64,000 bases of DNA from a bacterium (lineage in GTDB: Bacteria; Fidelibacterota; Fidelibacteria; Fidelibacterales; Fidelibacteraceae). Under the pieces are notes generated by a model. That model saw nothing but the letters and a program-made list of their open reading frames with translations. It had not been told where the DNA came from and ran no database searches. Below, piece by piece: positions 1 to 8,286 of this stretch. The stretch is taken from positions 1,888,001 to 1,952,000 of the forward strand of contig OY781066.1 in NCBI GenBank assembly GCA_963676395.1, given 5' to 3'. Each line of letters opens with the position of its first letter. Position 1 is the first letter of the stretch. Made by a program: the position numbers and the translations under genes.

Positions 1-991
1 CTTGAGTTTTTACAAAGATTCAATGTATCCTGTCATGCCGGTCGAGAATCAGGATTATTACCTTAAGCCGATGAACTGTCCATTTCATATCATGGTTTAT
101 AAACGGCATCAAACCTCATACAGAGATCTACCTTTACGTTATGCGGAATTAGGTACGGTTTATCGTTATGAACTTTCAGGCGCATTGCATGGTTTGATGC
201 GTGTTCGTGGTTTTACTCAAGATGATGCCCATATCTTTTGTACTCCGGAACAATTAAACGAAGAAGTGGAAAAACTTCTTCAGTTTTCTTTTGATTTTCT
301 CGGATCATTTGGTTTTGAAGAATATGAACTTTACTTATCCACAAAACCTACAGAGAAATTTGTGGGTGAACCGGAACTTTGGGAAATGGCACAAGAGTCA
401 TTAAGCAAATCCATGAAAAAAATGAATATCGACTATAAAGTTGATGAAGGTGGTGGTGCTTTTTATGGTCCCAAGATCGATATCAAGATCAAAGATGCTA
501 TCGGTCGTTTGTGGCAATGTACAACCATTCAGTTTGATTTCAATTTACCTGATCGATTTGATATGACATATACCGGAGCAGATGGAGAGGCACATCGTCC
601 TTTTGTGATCCATCGTGCGGTTATGGGTTCTCTAGAACGTTTTATCGGTGTGTTAATTGAACATACTGCCGGTAAATTTCCTTTATGGTATGCTCCCGTT
701 CAATTAAAAGTTGTACCGGTATCCGAAAAATATAACGATTCAGCTGAAAAATATGCTAAAGAAATGAAAAAGGTTGGATTACGCGTAGAGCTTGATGCAC
801 GTAATGAACGTGTTGGATACAAAATTCGCGAAGCGGAAACATTAAAGATCCCCTATATGATTGTGGTTGGTCAACAGGAAGAAGAAAGTGGCATGTTAAA
901 ACTTCGTCAACAAGGCGGGGAAGAGCTTGATGCAAGATCTCTTGCCGATGTGATCGCACTCTTAAAAGAACAGGAAGCAGCGCATAAATAA
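1..991 (+). CDS. thrS: Threonyl-tRNA synthetase, C-terminal part (5' truncated by window)
   Basis: KPMNCPFH, YRDLPLR, HGLMRVRGFTQDDAH, GAFYGPKID, IHRAVMGSLERF motifs and anticodon-binding domain. Confidence 0.98.
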   Translation, partial: LSFYKDSMYPVMPVENQDYYLKPMNCPFHIMVYKRHQTSYRDLPLRYAELGTVYRYELSGALHGLMRVRGFTQDDAHIFCTPEQLNEEVEKLLQFSFDFLGSFGFEEYELYLSTKPTEKFVGEPELWEMAQESLSKSMKKMNIDYKVDEGGGAFYGPKIDIKIKDAIGRLWQCTTIQFDFNLPDRFDMTYTGADGEAHRPFVIHRAVMGSLERFIGVLIEHTAGKFPLWYAPVQLKVVPVSEKYNDSAEKYAKEMKKVGLRVELDARNERVGYKIREAETLKIPYMIVVGQQEEESGMLKLRQQGGEELDARSLADVIALLKEQEAAHK

Positions 992-1088
992 GTCTGGCCA
1001 CTTATTTAACACGTACGAAATATTATATGGTCTTACCGGGGAGTGGTTTTCTCTTTGGCTAAAGCACAACATAAGATAAAGGAAAAGT

Positions 1089-2849
1089 ATGGAAAATTAC
1101 GGCTCTGCCAAATTCGTTGATAATAAGCTCGTCCTACGTTTGAAAGATAGGATATGCGAAACGCCTGAAGAGTTGTTGAGCTCAACCCTTTTTCTTGATG
1201 TTGTAAAACGCTATATGAAAGACCTGATCCGAAAAGAATCAAAACTTCTTACCGTATTCGGTAAAAAAATTGAAAATATAGAGGATTGTGATCTGGAAAA
1301 ATTGGTTGAAGTATTTCAGGTTCTTGAGAAAATGGAACTGGAAAATTTACCAAAACTTATCGAAGGTGCTGAATCTTTTATTAAAGATCCTAACCTTTTA
1401 CAGGAGTTTGTTGAAGGATTATATAATTATTGGCGTACTTTTGAGCGATATGTGATATGTGATTCTTCGCATATTTCTTTAGATAAGCGTCCTTATAGAA
1501 CCTTTGATGCCACCGTTGAAACACTAATGCATCTTATTCGGAAAACATATCGTGATATGGAAGAGAATATCACGGGACGGCATCCAAACATTTTTCGTCA
1601 GGTTGCGGCCGGTGCCGAATTGGGAGTGATCACACGTAAAAAAGAATTACATGCAGTAAAAATGCCGAAGTATAAAGAACTTGATGAGATCTCGGTGGTC
1701 CGTCAGATGCTCTTATATCCACCGCTATTATTGGATCCACCAATGAATAAACGTTCCGGTCGATTTCATGAAATTGATCAAAATCCCATGGATTTGCTGA
1801 ATATTAATACCAAAGAATGGATATGCTATCCTGCAAAGGTAGGCGAATTACTGATCCTGGTTTATGTGCATGAACGATTTTTTGAGCTGGGGTTTGCGCT
1901 TTGTAATTTATTCGATCTTGCCGAAGATGAGTATTTAGATAAAAAGCCAGATGCTATATATTTGTATGGAACACCTTCGGGGTCTTTGGATGGTTTGGCA
2001 GAAATGCCTACAGTTTTCTATGATGATAAAGAAAATGATGTGCTGGTTGGGGCAGTGCCGAATGACGATATTTATGGATATTTCGGCTATTTAAAGAAAA
2101 TGATTCTGACTTTGCACAATATTAAGGTGATGAAACAAGGTAAAATGCCTTTCCATGGTGCGATGGTTCGTATTATCGCTAAAGATGATCGAGCTAAAAA
2201 TGTTTTGATCATTGGTGAAAGTGGAACAGGAAAATCCGAGTCGCTTGAAGCTTTACGTATTATTGGAGATGATCAGATCAAGGAAATGATTATCGTTGCT
2301 GATGATATGGGATCCATTGACCTGGATGAGAATGAGGAAGTGATCGGTTACGGAACTGAAACAGGTGCTTTTGTCCGTTTGGATGATTTACAGCCGGGTT
2401 ATGCTTTTGGACAGATCGATCGTTCCATCATTATGAGCCCCAATAGGGTAAATGCCCGAATAGTACTACCGGTTACAACTTACGAAGAAGTGACTAAAGG
2501 TTATAAAGTAGATCTGGTCCTTTATGCTAATAATTATGAACCTGTAGATGAAGATCATCCCATCATTTCAAAAATTACTACAGCTGAACGAGCACTGGAA
2601 ATATTCCGTGATGGTACGGCCATGAGTAAAGGTACTACAACTTCAACGGGATTGATCCATTCGTATTTTGCTAATATTTTTGGTCCTGTTCAGAAAAAAG
2701 AACTTCACGAAAAGATATCTCAAAGATTTTTTGATAAATTTTATGAAAATGGTGTATTTGTTGGTCAGTTCCGCACTCGTCTAGGTGTTAGTGGTTGCGA
2801 ACAGAGTGGTCCAGAGGAAGCGGCAAAAGCTTTGTTGGAGATGTTATAA
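1089..2849 (+). CDS. Divergent phosphoenolpyruvate carboxykinase-like P-loop protein, 586 aa
   Basis: PEPCK-like elements YFGYLKK, MPFHGA, Walker A GESGTGKSE, IVADDMG, GTETGAFVR, NARIV; extra N-terminal region of about 180 aa. Confidence 0.7.
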   Translation: MENYGSAKFVDNKLVLRLKDRICETPEELLSSTLFLDVVKRYMKDLIRKESKLLTVFGKKIENIEDCDLEKLVEVFQVLEKMELENLPKLIEGAESFIKDPNLLQEFVEGLYNYWRTFERYVICDSSHISLDKRPYRTFDATVETLMHLIRKTYRDMEENITGRHPNIFRQVAAGAELGVITRKKELHAVKMPKYKELDEISVVRQMLLYPPLLLDPPMNKRSGRFHEIDQNPMDLLNINTKEWICYPAKVGELLILVYVHERFFELGFALCNLFDLAEDEYLDKKPDAIYLYGTPSGSLDGLAEMPTVFYDDKENDVLVGAVPNDDIYGYFGYLKKMILTLHNIKVMKQGKMPFHGAMVRIIAKDDRAKNVLIIGESGTGKSESLEALRIIGDDQIKEMIIVADDMGSIDLDENEEVIGYGTETGAFVRLDDLQPGYAFGQIDRSIIMSPNRVNARIVLPVTTYEEVTKGYKVDLVLYANNYEPVDEDHPIISKITTAERALEIFRDGTAMSKGTTTSTGLIHSYFANIFGPVQKKELHEKISQRFFDKFYENGVFVGQFRTRLGVSGCEQSGPEEAAKALLEML

Positions 2850-2898
2850 AAACGATCTTTATCCTATACCGGTTAAGGAATATATGAACAATGATTTT

Positions 2899-2922
2899 AG
2901 GGAACGGTTGAGACCGTTCCTT
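2899..2922. terminator. Hairpin between convergent PEPCK and ablB
   Basis: agggaacggt-tgag-accgttcctt stem-loop. Confidence 0.6.
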
Positions 2923-3045
2923 ATTAATTACAGGGTATTATTTTTGCTATTAATTGAAACCGGGAAATATTATCAAACGCCATAAAATATTATAATAGAT
3001 TATAATTAACAGTCCAGTACATGCCAAAGAAAAAGCTTATTATTT

Positions 3046-3888
3046 TTATTTTAATAAATTTTTATACCAGATATTCATGCTTTCTATCTGTCCGGAAATA
3101 TTGGTATTGTTTTTTAATCTACCGCCATAGGCATAGCCTGAACGGGCAAAGGTGATGTTCATGCCGGGGGAGATAGCTCTGGCAATGGTAAATGCAGTTA
3201 CATATTCTTGCGCTTTAATGGATTTTTCCATTTTTCTTAGCAGATGATAGGCAAATCCTTTACCTCTCGCTTCAGGAAGAGTTGCAAAATCAGTCATTTC
3301 AGCATACAAGCCGGTAGGATTTTTTTCGGCAGATGCAAGTGCCAGGATCTTATCTGAAGTTTCAATACAAAAATAATCCACGTTTTCATTCATTGTTTTT
3401 AGTAAAAATTCTTTATCGTAAATAGGGAAAGGGTAGGTGGGGAATACCTTGCGATATAGTTCTGCCATCTCATCGATATCTTCGGGTGAACATTGACGAA
3501 TATGATGACGAAGTGGATTAATTAATGTCGCTTTACTATCTTTTTTATCCAAAGCTAACTGTAATACATCAAGATAACTTTGTAGCTTATGCTCTTTGGC
3601 TCTAGTATTTTTTAAATAGTAGGCAAGAAAAATAATATCTTCTCCACTTGACAGCATCCCCGGAATTCTGGCCTCTTCACAGAAATCGTATAATTCAAAA
3701 ATACTTTTCTCAGATGCTTTGGCTTTAACAAATATCTTGCCGTATTTTTCTTTTCTTGCCAGATCAATGAGCCGTTTGGGTAAATTTTCAATATCATCAG
3801 TTGATGCTTCTAGAAGATATATTCTGTCGTTAAATGGCCCATGTTGTATCCACGAACCACAGGATAATTTTACTATTTTATCAAACAT
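3046..3888 (-). CDS. ablB: Beta-lysine N6-acetyltransferase (GNAT)
   Basis: QHGPFNDRIYL, YGKIFVK, FPTYPFPIYD, AEMTDFATLPEARGKG, TIARAISPGMN, NNTNISGQIESMNIWYK; TAATG overlap with ablA. Confidence 0.9.
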   Translation of the reverse strand: MFDKIVKLSCGSWIQHGPFNDRIYLLEASTDDIENLPKRLIDLARKEKYGKIFVKAKASEKSIFELYDFCEEARIPGMLSSGEDIIFLAYYLKNTRAKEHKLQSYLDVLQLALDKKDSKATLINPLRHHIRQCSPEDIDEMAELYRKVFPTYPFPIYDKEFLLKTMNENVDYFCIETSDKILALASAEKNPTGLYAEMTDFATLPEARGKGFAYHLLRKMEKSIKAQEYVTAFTIARAISPGMNITFARSGYAYGGRLKNNTNISGQIESMNIWYKNLLK

Positions 3889-5201
3889 TAGCTGTTATTT
3901 CTTCGTTTGTGTCTAGCGTTATTAGCAGGAACTAAGGATATCGTGGAGTCATAATCTGCCAATAATTTTTCAATGCCTTCAGATCTGTATTCATCGGCAT
4001 CTTGAAGTAAAAGATCTCTTTGGCAATTATCACAATTACGATCACAAAATGAAGGCTTATATGAATCCGGTTCTTTATAGGTAGAAATTACACCCTCATA
4101 ATTCCTTAGTACGACTTTATTTGTGGACCAAGAGATCAAATAATTTGGCATTACCGGGATCTTACCGCCTCCGCCCGGAGCATCGATCACATAAGTTGGT
4201 ACACATAAACCGCTGGTATGACCGATCAAAGATTCCATGATCTCAATCCCTTTGCCAACAGGGGTTCTAAAATGGTTTAAACCTTCGGATAGATCACATT
4301 GATAAAGATAGTAGGGTCTAACTCTATTGTAAGCAAGTTTTTGAACCAGGGACTTCATAATACGAGGACAATCGTTCACTCCGGCCAATAATACCGATTG
4401 GTTTCCAAGTGGGAAACCTGCATCGGCCATTTTTCTTAAAGCCGTACGTGCTGAATGAGTGAGCTCACGTGGATGATTAAAATGTGTGTTGATCCATACA
4501 GGTTGATGTTTTTTTAGCATATTTACCAAATCATCAGTAATTCTGTAGGGCATAACAACAGGTGTTCGAGTGCCAATACGGATTATTTCAACATGATCAA
4601 TCTTTCTTAACTCGGTCAGGATCCAATCCAAATAATTATCTGATAATAAAAAGGGATCTCCTCCACTTAATAAAACATCTCGTACTCTCGGATTGTTTTT
4701 GATATAATCAATTCCTTGTTGGATCTGAGTTTTATTAGGTATACTATCCACATCTCCAACCTGTCTTTTGCGAGTACAATGTCTGCAATACATTGAACAG
4801 GTATTACTGACAAGAAAAAGTACACGATCTGGATAACGATGGGTTAAACCCGGAACCGGACTATCCTTATCTTCGGCAAGTGGATCAGACATTTCGGTAT
4901 TGGCAACCGTTAATTCATCAATTACCGGAAAACTTTGCTTAAAAACAGGATCATTTTCAAGATCATCAGTATTTATCAATGATAAATAGTACGGGGTTAT
5001 TGACATCGGAAATTTTGATGTAATTTTATCGTATTGTTGTCTGATCTCATCGGAAACTTTAACATTTAGTAGATTCTCAAAGGTATCAAGATCGCGAATT
5101 GTATGGCGCATTTGCCATTTCCAGTCACGCCAATTTTTTGATCCGCTGTCATCTATTTCTTTTATAATATTTTTTTGCTTTTCTGAAATCATCATATTCA
5201 C
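3888..5201 (-). CDS. ablA: Lysine 2,3-aminomutase (radical SAM/PLP)
   Basis: [27 protein letters not shown] (CxxxCxxC), [17 protein letters not shown]-terminal CDRNCDNC. Confidence 0.95.
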   Translation of the reverse strand: MNMMISEKQKNIIKEIDDSGSKNWRDWKWQMRHTIRDLDTFENLLNVKVSDEIRQQYDKITSKFPMSITPYYLSLINTDDLENDPVFKQSFPVIDELTVANTEMSDPLAEDKDSPVPGLTHRYPDRVLFLVSNTCSMYCRHCTRKRQVGDVDSIPNKTQIQQGIDYIKNNPRVRDVLLSGGDPFLLSDNYLDWILTELRKIDHVEIIRIGTRTPVVMPYRITDDLVNMLKKHQPVWINTHFNHPRELTHSARTALRKMADAGFPLGNQSVLLAGVNDCPRIMKSLVQKLAYNRVRPYYLYQCDLSEGLNHFRTPVGKGIEIMESLIGHTSGLCVPTYVIDAPGGGGKIPVMPNYLISWSTNKVVLRNYEGVISTYKEPDSYKPSFCDRNCDNCQRDLLLQDADEYRSEGIEKLLADYDSTISLVPANNARHKRRNNS

Positions 5202-5204
5202 TCG

Positions 5205-5702
5205 TTATGTGTTCTTAATGTCAATATCGGCATTGGGTAATAAATTGGGTGAGGCATCAAGTTTTTCCGCATCCATCATCTCTACTACTTGTTCAAGAGA
5301 ATAAGTAATCACTTCAAGTTTTTCTTTGTCCAGTTCATTTAAGGCTGCTGATAATTTATCTTGAAGAAGTGAAGGAGTTGAATCTAAGATACCTTTGCCG
5401 GCATCTGTCAGAGATAAATAAACTTTTCTCCTGTCTTCTTTAGAGCGTTCACGGATAAGATATTGTTTTGCTTCAAGTCTGTCAACAATTCCGATGACCG
5501 TACTTTCGCTTAAATTAACTTTTTGTGCCAATTCTTTTGTAATAATGTGCTCATTCTTCCCTAAAGCATCCAAACACAGTAATTGTGGAGTTGTTAATCC
5601 CAATTCAGTATTGATTTTTCGGGAATATTTATCTACTGAACGTATTACACGACGTATGGCTGTCAGAATTCTGTATTCATAGTTTTTCATGTCTTTGTTC
5701 AT
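5205..5702 (-). CDS. MarR-family regulator (EctR/CosR-like); likely start ATG 5702, not 5786
   Basis: GLTTPQLLCL, LSESTVIGIVDRLE, RERSKEDRRKV winged helix; predicted promoter lies inside the longer ORF-track extension. Confidence 0.88.
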   Translation of the reverse strand: MNKDMKNYEYRILTAIRRVIRSVDKYSRKINTELGLTTPQLLCLDALGKNEHIITKELAQKVNLSESTVIGIVDRLEAKQYLIRERSKEDRRKVYLSLTDAGKGILDSTPSLLQDKLSAALNELDKEKLEVITYSLEQVVEMMDAEKLDASPNLLPNADIDIKNT

Positions 5703-5718
5703 ATTAATATCTCTAAAT

Positions 5719-5738
5719 ATAATTCGTACACGAATTAT
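5719..5738. promoter_or_regulatory. Perfect palindromic operator candidate for the MarR regulator
   Basis: ATAATTCGT-AC-ACGAATTAT, 9-bp arms with 2-bp spacer, between predicted start site and ATG. Confidence 0.75.
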
Positions 5739-5747
5739 TTCTGGTCG

Positions 5748-5776
5748 AAGATATGAATTAGGCACTGTAATGTCAA
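5748..5776 (-). promoter_or_regulatory. Sigma70-type promoter of marR-ablAB
   Basis: Minus strand TTGACA-17 nt-TATCTT. Confidence 0.75.
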
Positions 5777-5968
5777 GAAATACCATTTAATTATCGTGAA
5801 ATACTTCATGTGTTTTTACCCATCGATTTATTATTTTTGACATATTTAGTCTAAGCGTTTAAATTTGCTTATGCGATATATCGCTTTGATGAATTTTTTA
5901 CGATTGATTTTGATTGGGCGAGTGTACTAAAAATTATTGGAATAATTCATAATATTCTCAAAAAACCC

Positions 5969-6000
5969 TTGGAATTTAGGCATTTAAGTCGATATATTTG
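5969..6000 (+). promoter_or_regulatory. Putative infC operon promoter
   Basis: TTGGAA-18 nt-TATATTTG upstream of infC. Confidence 0.45.
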
Positions 6001-6064
6001 GCTCACATTCCTCGTTGGGGGGATGTAGTGTTTTTATTTGGATGTTATAAATGAAGGAGCTGAT

Positions 6065-6607
6065 ATCTCACGTCAAATGAAACCAAACGTAAAAGAGAAA
6101 GAAGACACAACAAGAATTAATGGTGCCATCAGAGCTAAAGAGATCAGATTGATTTCTGACGATGGCGGTTTAATAGGGATCGTAGGTGTACGCGAGGCGC
6201 TGGACATAGCTGAGAAAAGAGATTTGGATTTGGTGGAAATTTCACCAAACGCAAATCCCCCCGTATGCAAGATCATAGATTACGGTAAGTATAAGTATGA
6301 GCAACAAAAGCGCGAGAAGACTCAGAAGAAGAAGCAGCATGTAATTACCGTCAAAGAAGTAAGATTTCGCCCCCATACCGACACTCACGATATTGAGACC
6401 AAAGTTCGCAAGATCCGTGAGTTTATTGAAGACGGTGACAGGGTGAAAATATCGGTTATGTTCCGTGGCCGTGAAATGGCTCATAAGGAAATGGGACACG
6501 ATACCATCAATAAGGTGATCACACTTCTTGAAGATGTTGCAAAAATCGATAAAGCGCCTAAACAAGAAGGTCGCTTTCTCACGGCTTATCTCGCCGCCAA
6601 AAAGTAA
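6065..6607 (+). CDS. infC: Translation initiation factor IF-3; probable non-canonical ATC start at 6065
   Basis: [57 protein letters not shown] 5 nt before in-frame ATC. Confidence 0.95.
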   Translation: MSRQMKPNVKEKEDTTRINGAIRAKEIRLISDDGGLIGIVGVREALDIAEKRDLDLVEISPNANPPVCKIIDYGKYKYEQQKREKTQKKKQHVITVKEVRFRPHTDTHDIETKVRKIREFIEDGDRVKISVMFRGREMAHKEMGHDTINKVITLLEDVAKIDKAPKQEGRFLTAYLAAKK

Positions 6608-6617
6608 GGAGAAAACA

Positions 6618-6812
6618 ATGCCCAAGATGAAAACAAATCGTGGTGCAGCAAAGCGGTTCAAAGTAACCGGCTCAGGTAGAATTAAAAGAAAAAAAGCTTA
6701 TGCAAGTCATATTCTGACTAAGAAGAGCACAAAGCGCATTAGAAAATTGCGTGAACAAGCTGGGATTTCATCAGCAGACAAGAAACGTGTAGACAGAATG
6801 TTGGGAATATAA
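6618..6812 (+). CDS. rpmI: 50S ribosomal protein L35 (starts at MPKMKT)
   Basis: [20 protein letters not shown]...HILTKKS; SD AGGAG. Confidence 0.97.
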   Translation: MPKMKTNRGAAKRFKVTGSGRIKRKKAYASHILTKKSTKRIRKLREQAGISSADKKRVDRMLGI

Positions 6813-6836
6813 TCCCAGACTTGAAAGGAGTTTAAT

Positions 6837-7184
6837 ATGCCTAGAGCAAATAGTTCAGTACCAAGACACCGCAGACACCGTAAGATTGTTAAATTGGCAA
6901 AAGGCCAGTTCGGTGCGCGTCGCAAATTATATAAAACAGCTGTAGAAGCCGTAGAACGCGGTTGGGTATACGCATACCGTGATCGCCGCCAGAAAAAACG
7001 TGATTTCCGTAGATTGTGGATCACACGTATCAATGCGGCAGTTCGTCAACATGGTTTAAGTTACTCACGATTTATTCACCTCTTAAACGAAAAGGGCGTG
7101 GAGCTTAATCGTAAACAGCTTAGTGAGATGGCTATTCATCAGCCGGAAACATTTGCAAAATTGGTCGAATCGGTAAAAAAATAA
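6837..7184 (+). CDS. rplT: 50S ribosomal protein L20
   Basis: MPRA...YAYRDRRQKKRDFRRLWITRINAA. Confidence 0.98.
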   Translation: MPRANSSVPRHRRHRKIVKLAKGQFGARRKLYKTAVEAVERGWVYAYRDRRQKKRDFRRLWITRINAAVRQHGLSYSRFIHLLNEKGVELNRKQLSEMAIHQPETFAKLVESVKK

Positions 7185-7208
7185 TTTAGCTGAAAAGATC
7201 TGTAACCA

Positions 7209-7238
7209 TGCCCTTCCGGTTCTACCGGAACGATGGCA
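7209..7238 (+). other. Stem-loop between rplT and pheS
   Basis: tgccc-ttccggt-tct-accggaa-cgatggca, no U-tract. Confidence 0.4.
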
Positions 7239-7260
7239 CTAAATATGAAAAAATTGCACT

Positions 7261-8271
7261 ATGACGAAAGAAACGATAGAACAAGTTCAGTTGCAGTTTA
7301 AACAAGCGCTTGCCCAAGCCTCAGATAGACTTTCTATGGAAGAAGTGAAAAACGCTTTCTTGGGAAGAAAAGGCAAAGTGGCAGGCCTTTTTTCTTTGAT
7401 GGGGGAAATTCCCCCCGAAGCTCGTAAGGAAGCGGGTAGACTGCTAAATAATCTCAAAAATGAATTGCAAGCACTCTTTGATGAGAAAAATCAGAGCTTT
7501 TCGGGTGCCAAAGCAAATGAGCAATGGGTTGATTATACCATGCCCGGTTATTCATTGCCTAACGGTACACGACATCCATTAACGCAAGCTGTTGATGATA
7601 TGTTGTCCATTTTTAAACGCTTAGGCTTTGATATTGCTTACGGGCCCGAAGTGGAAACCGACTGGTTTAATTTTGAGTCGTTGAATTTTCCTCCAAATCA
7701 CCCCGCTCGTGATATGCAGGATACTTTCTACACAGAAGGTGGCGGTGTGCTTCGCACGCATACGTCTCCGGTGCAAACCCGTTATATGTCTAAACACGAA
7801 CCGCCTGTGCGTATTGTTGCACCGGGTCGTGTTTTTCGTAATGAAGCGATTTCGGCTCGTTCTTATTGTCTTTTTCATCAGATTGAAGGTTTGTATATTG
7901 ATAAGGATATTACCTTTGCGGATCTAAAAGGTACGATTGAATTGTTCTGTCGTATGTATTATGGCAAAGATGTAAAGATCAAATTCCGCACTTCGTATTT
8001 TCCTTTTACCGAGCCTTCAGCAGAGATTGATGTATCTTGCTTTCTTTGCGGAGGTAAAGGGTGTCGTGTTTGTAAAAACACCGGTTGGCTGGAGATCATG
8101 GGTTGCGGTATGGTTGATCCCAATGTATTGAAAGCAGTAAACTATGATCCTGAAAAGTATACGGGCTATGCTTTTGGTTTGGGTGTGGAGCGAATGGTAA
8201 TGATGCGTTTGGGTATCAATGATATTCGTCTCCTTTTTGAAAATGATGTGGAATTTCTAAAGCAATTCTAA
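7261..8271 (+). CDS. pheS: Phenylalanyl-tRNA synthetase alpha subunit
   Basis: HPARDMQDTFY, LRTHTSPVQ, FPFTEPSAE, GYAFGLGVER. Confidence 0.98.
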   Translation: MTKETIEQVQLQFKQALAQASDRLSMEEVKNAFLGRKGKVAGLFSLMGEIPPEARKEAGRLLNNLKNELQALFDEKNQSFSGAKANEQWVDYTMPGYSLPNGTRHPLTQAVDDMLSIFKRLGFDIAYGPEVETDWFNFESLNFPPNHPARDMQDTFYTEGGGVLRTHTSPVQTRYMSKHEPPVRIVAPGRVFRNEAISARSYCLFHQIEGLYIDKDITFADLKGTIELFCRMYYGKDVKIKFRTSYFPFTEPSAEIDVSCFLCGGKGCRVCKNTGWLEIMGCGMVDPNVLKAVNYDPEKYTGYAFGLGVERMVMMRLGINDIRLLFENDVEFLKQF

Positions 8272-8286
8272 ATTTGGATAGATAAA

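Noticed and set aside
3888..5201. kamA as part of a lysine fermentation pathway
   Set aside because: No kamD/kamE/kdd/kce nearby; direct coupling to ablB indicates osmolyte synthesis
5703..5786. ORF-track N-terminal extension of the MarR gene
   Set aside because: It overlaps the predicted promoter and operator; ATG 5702 fits MarR length better
7185..7260. pheM-type attenuator before pheS
   Set aside because: A hairpin is present but there is no Phe-rich leader ORF and no U-tract
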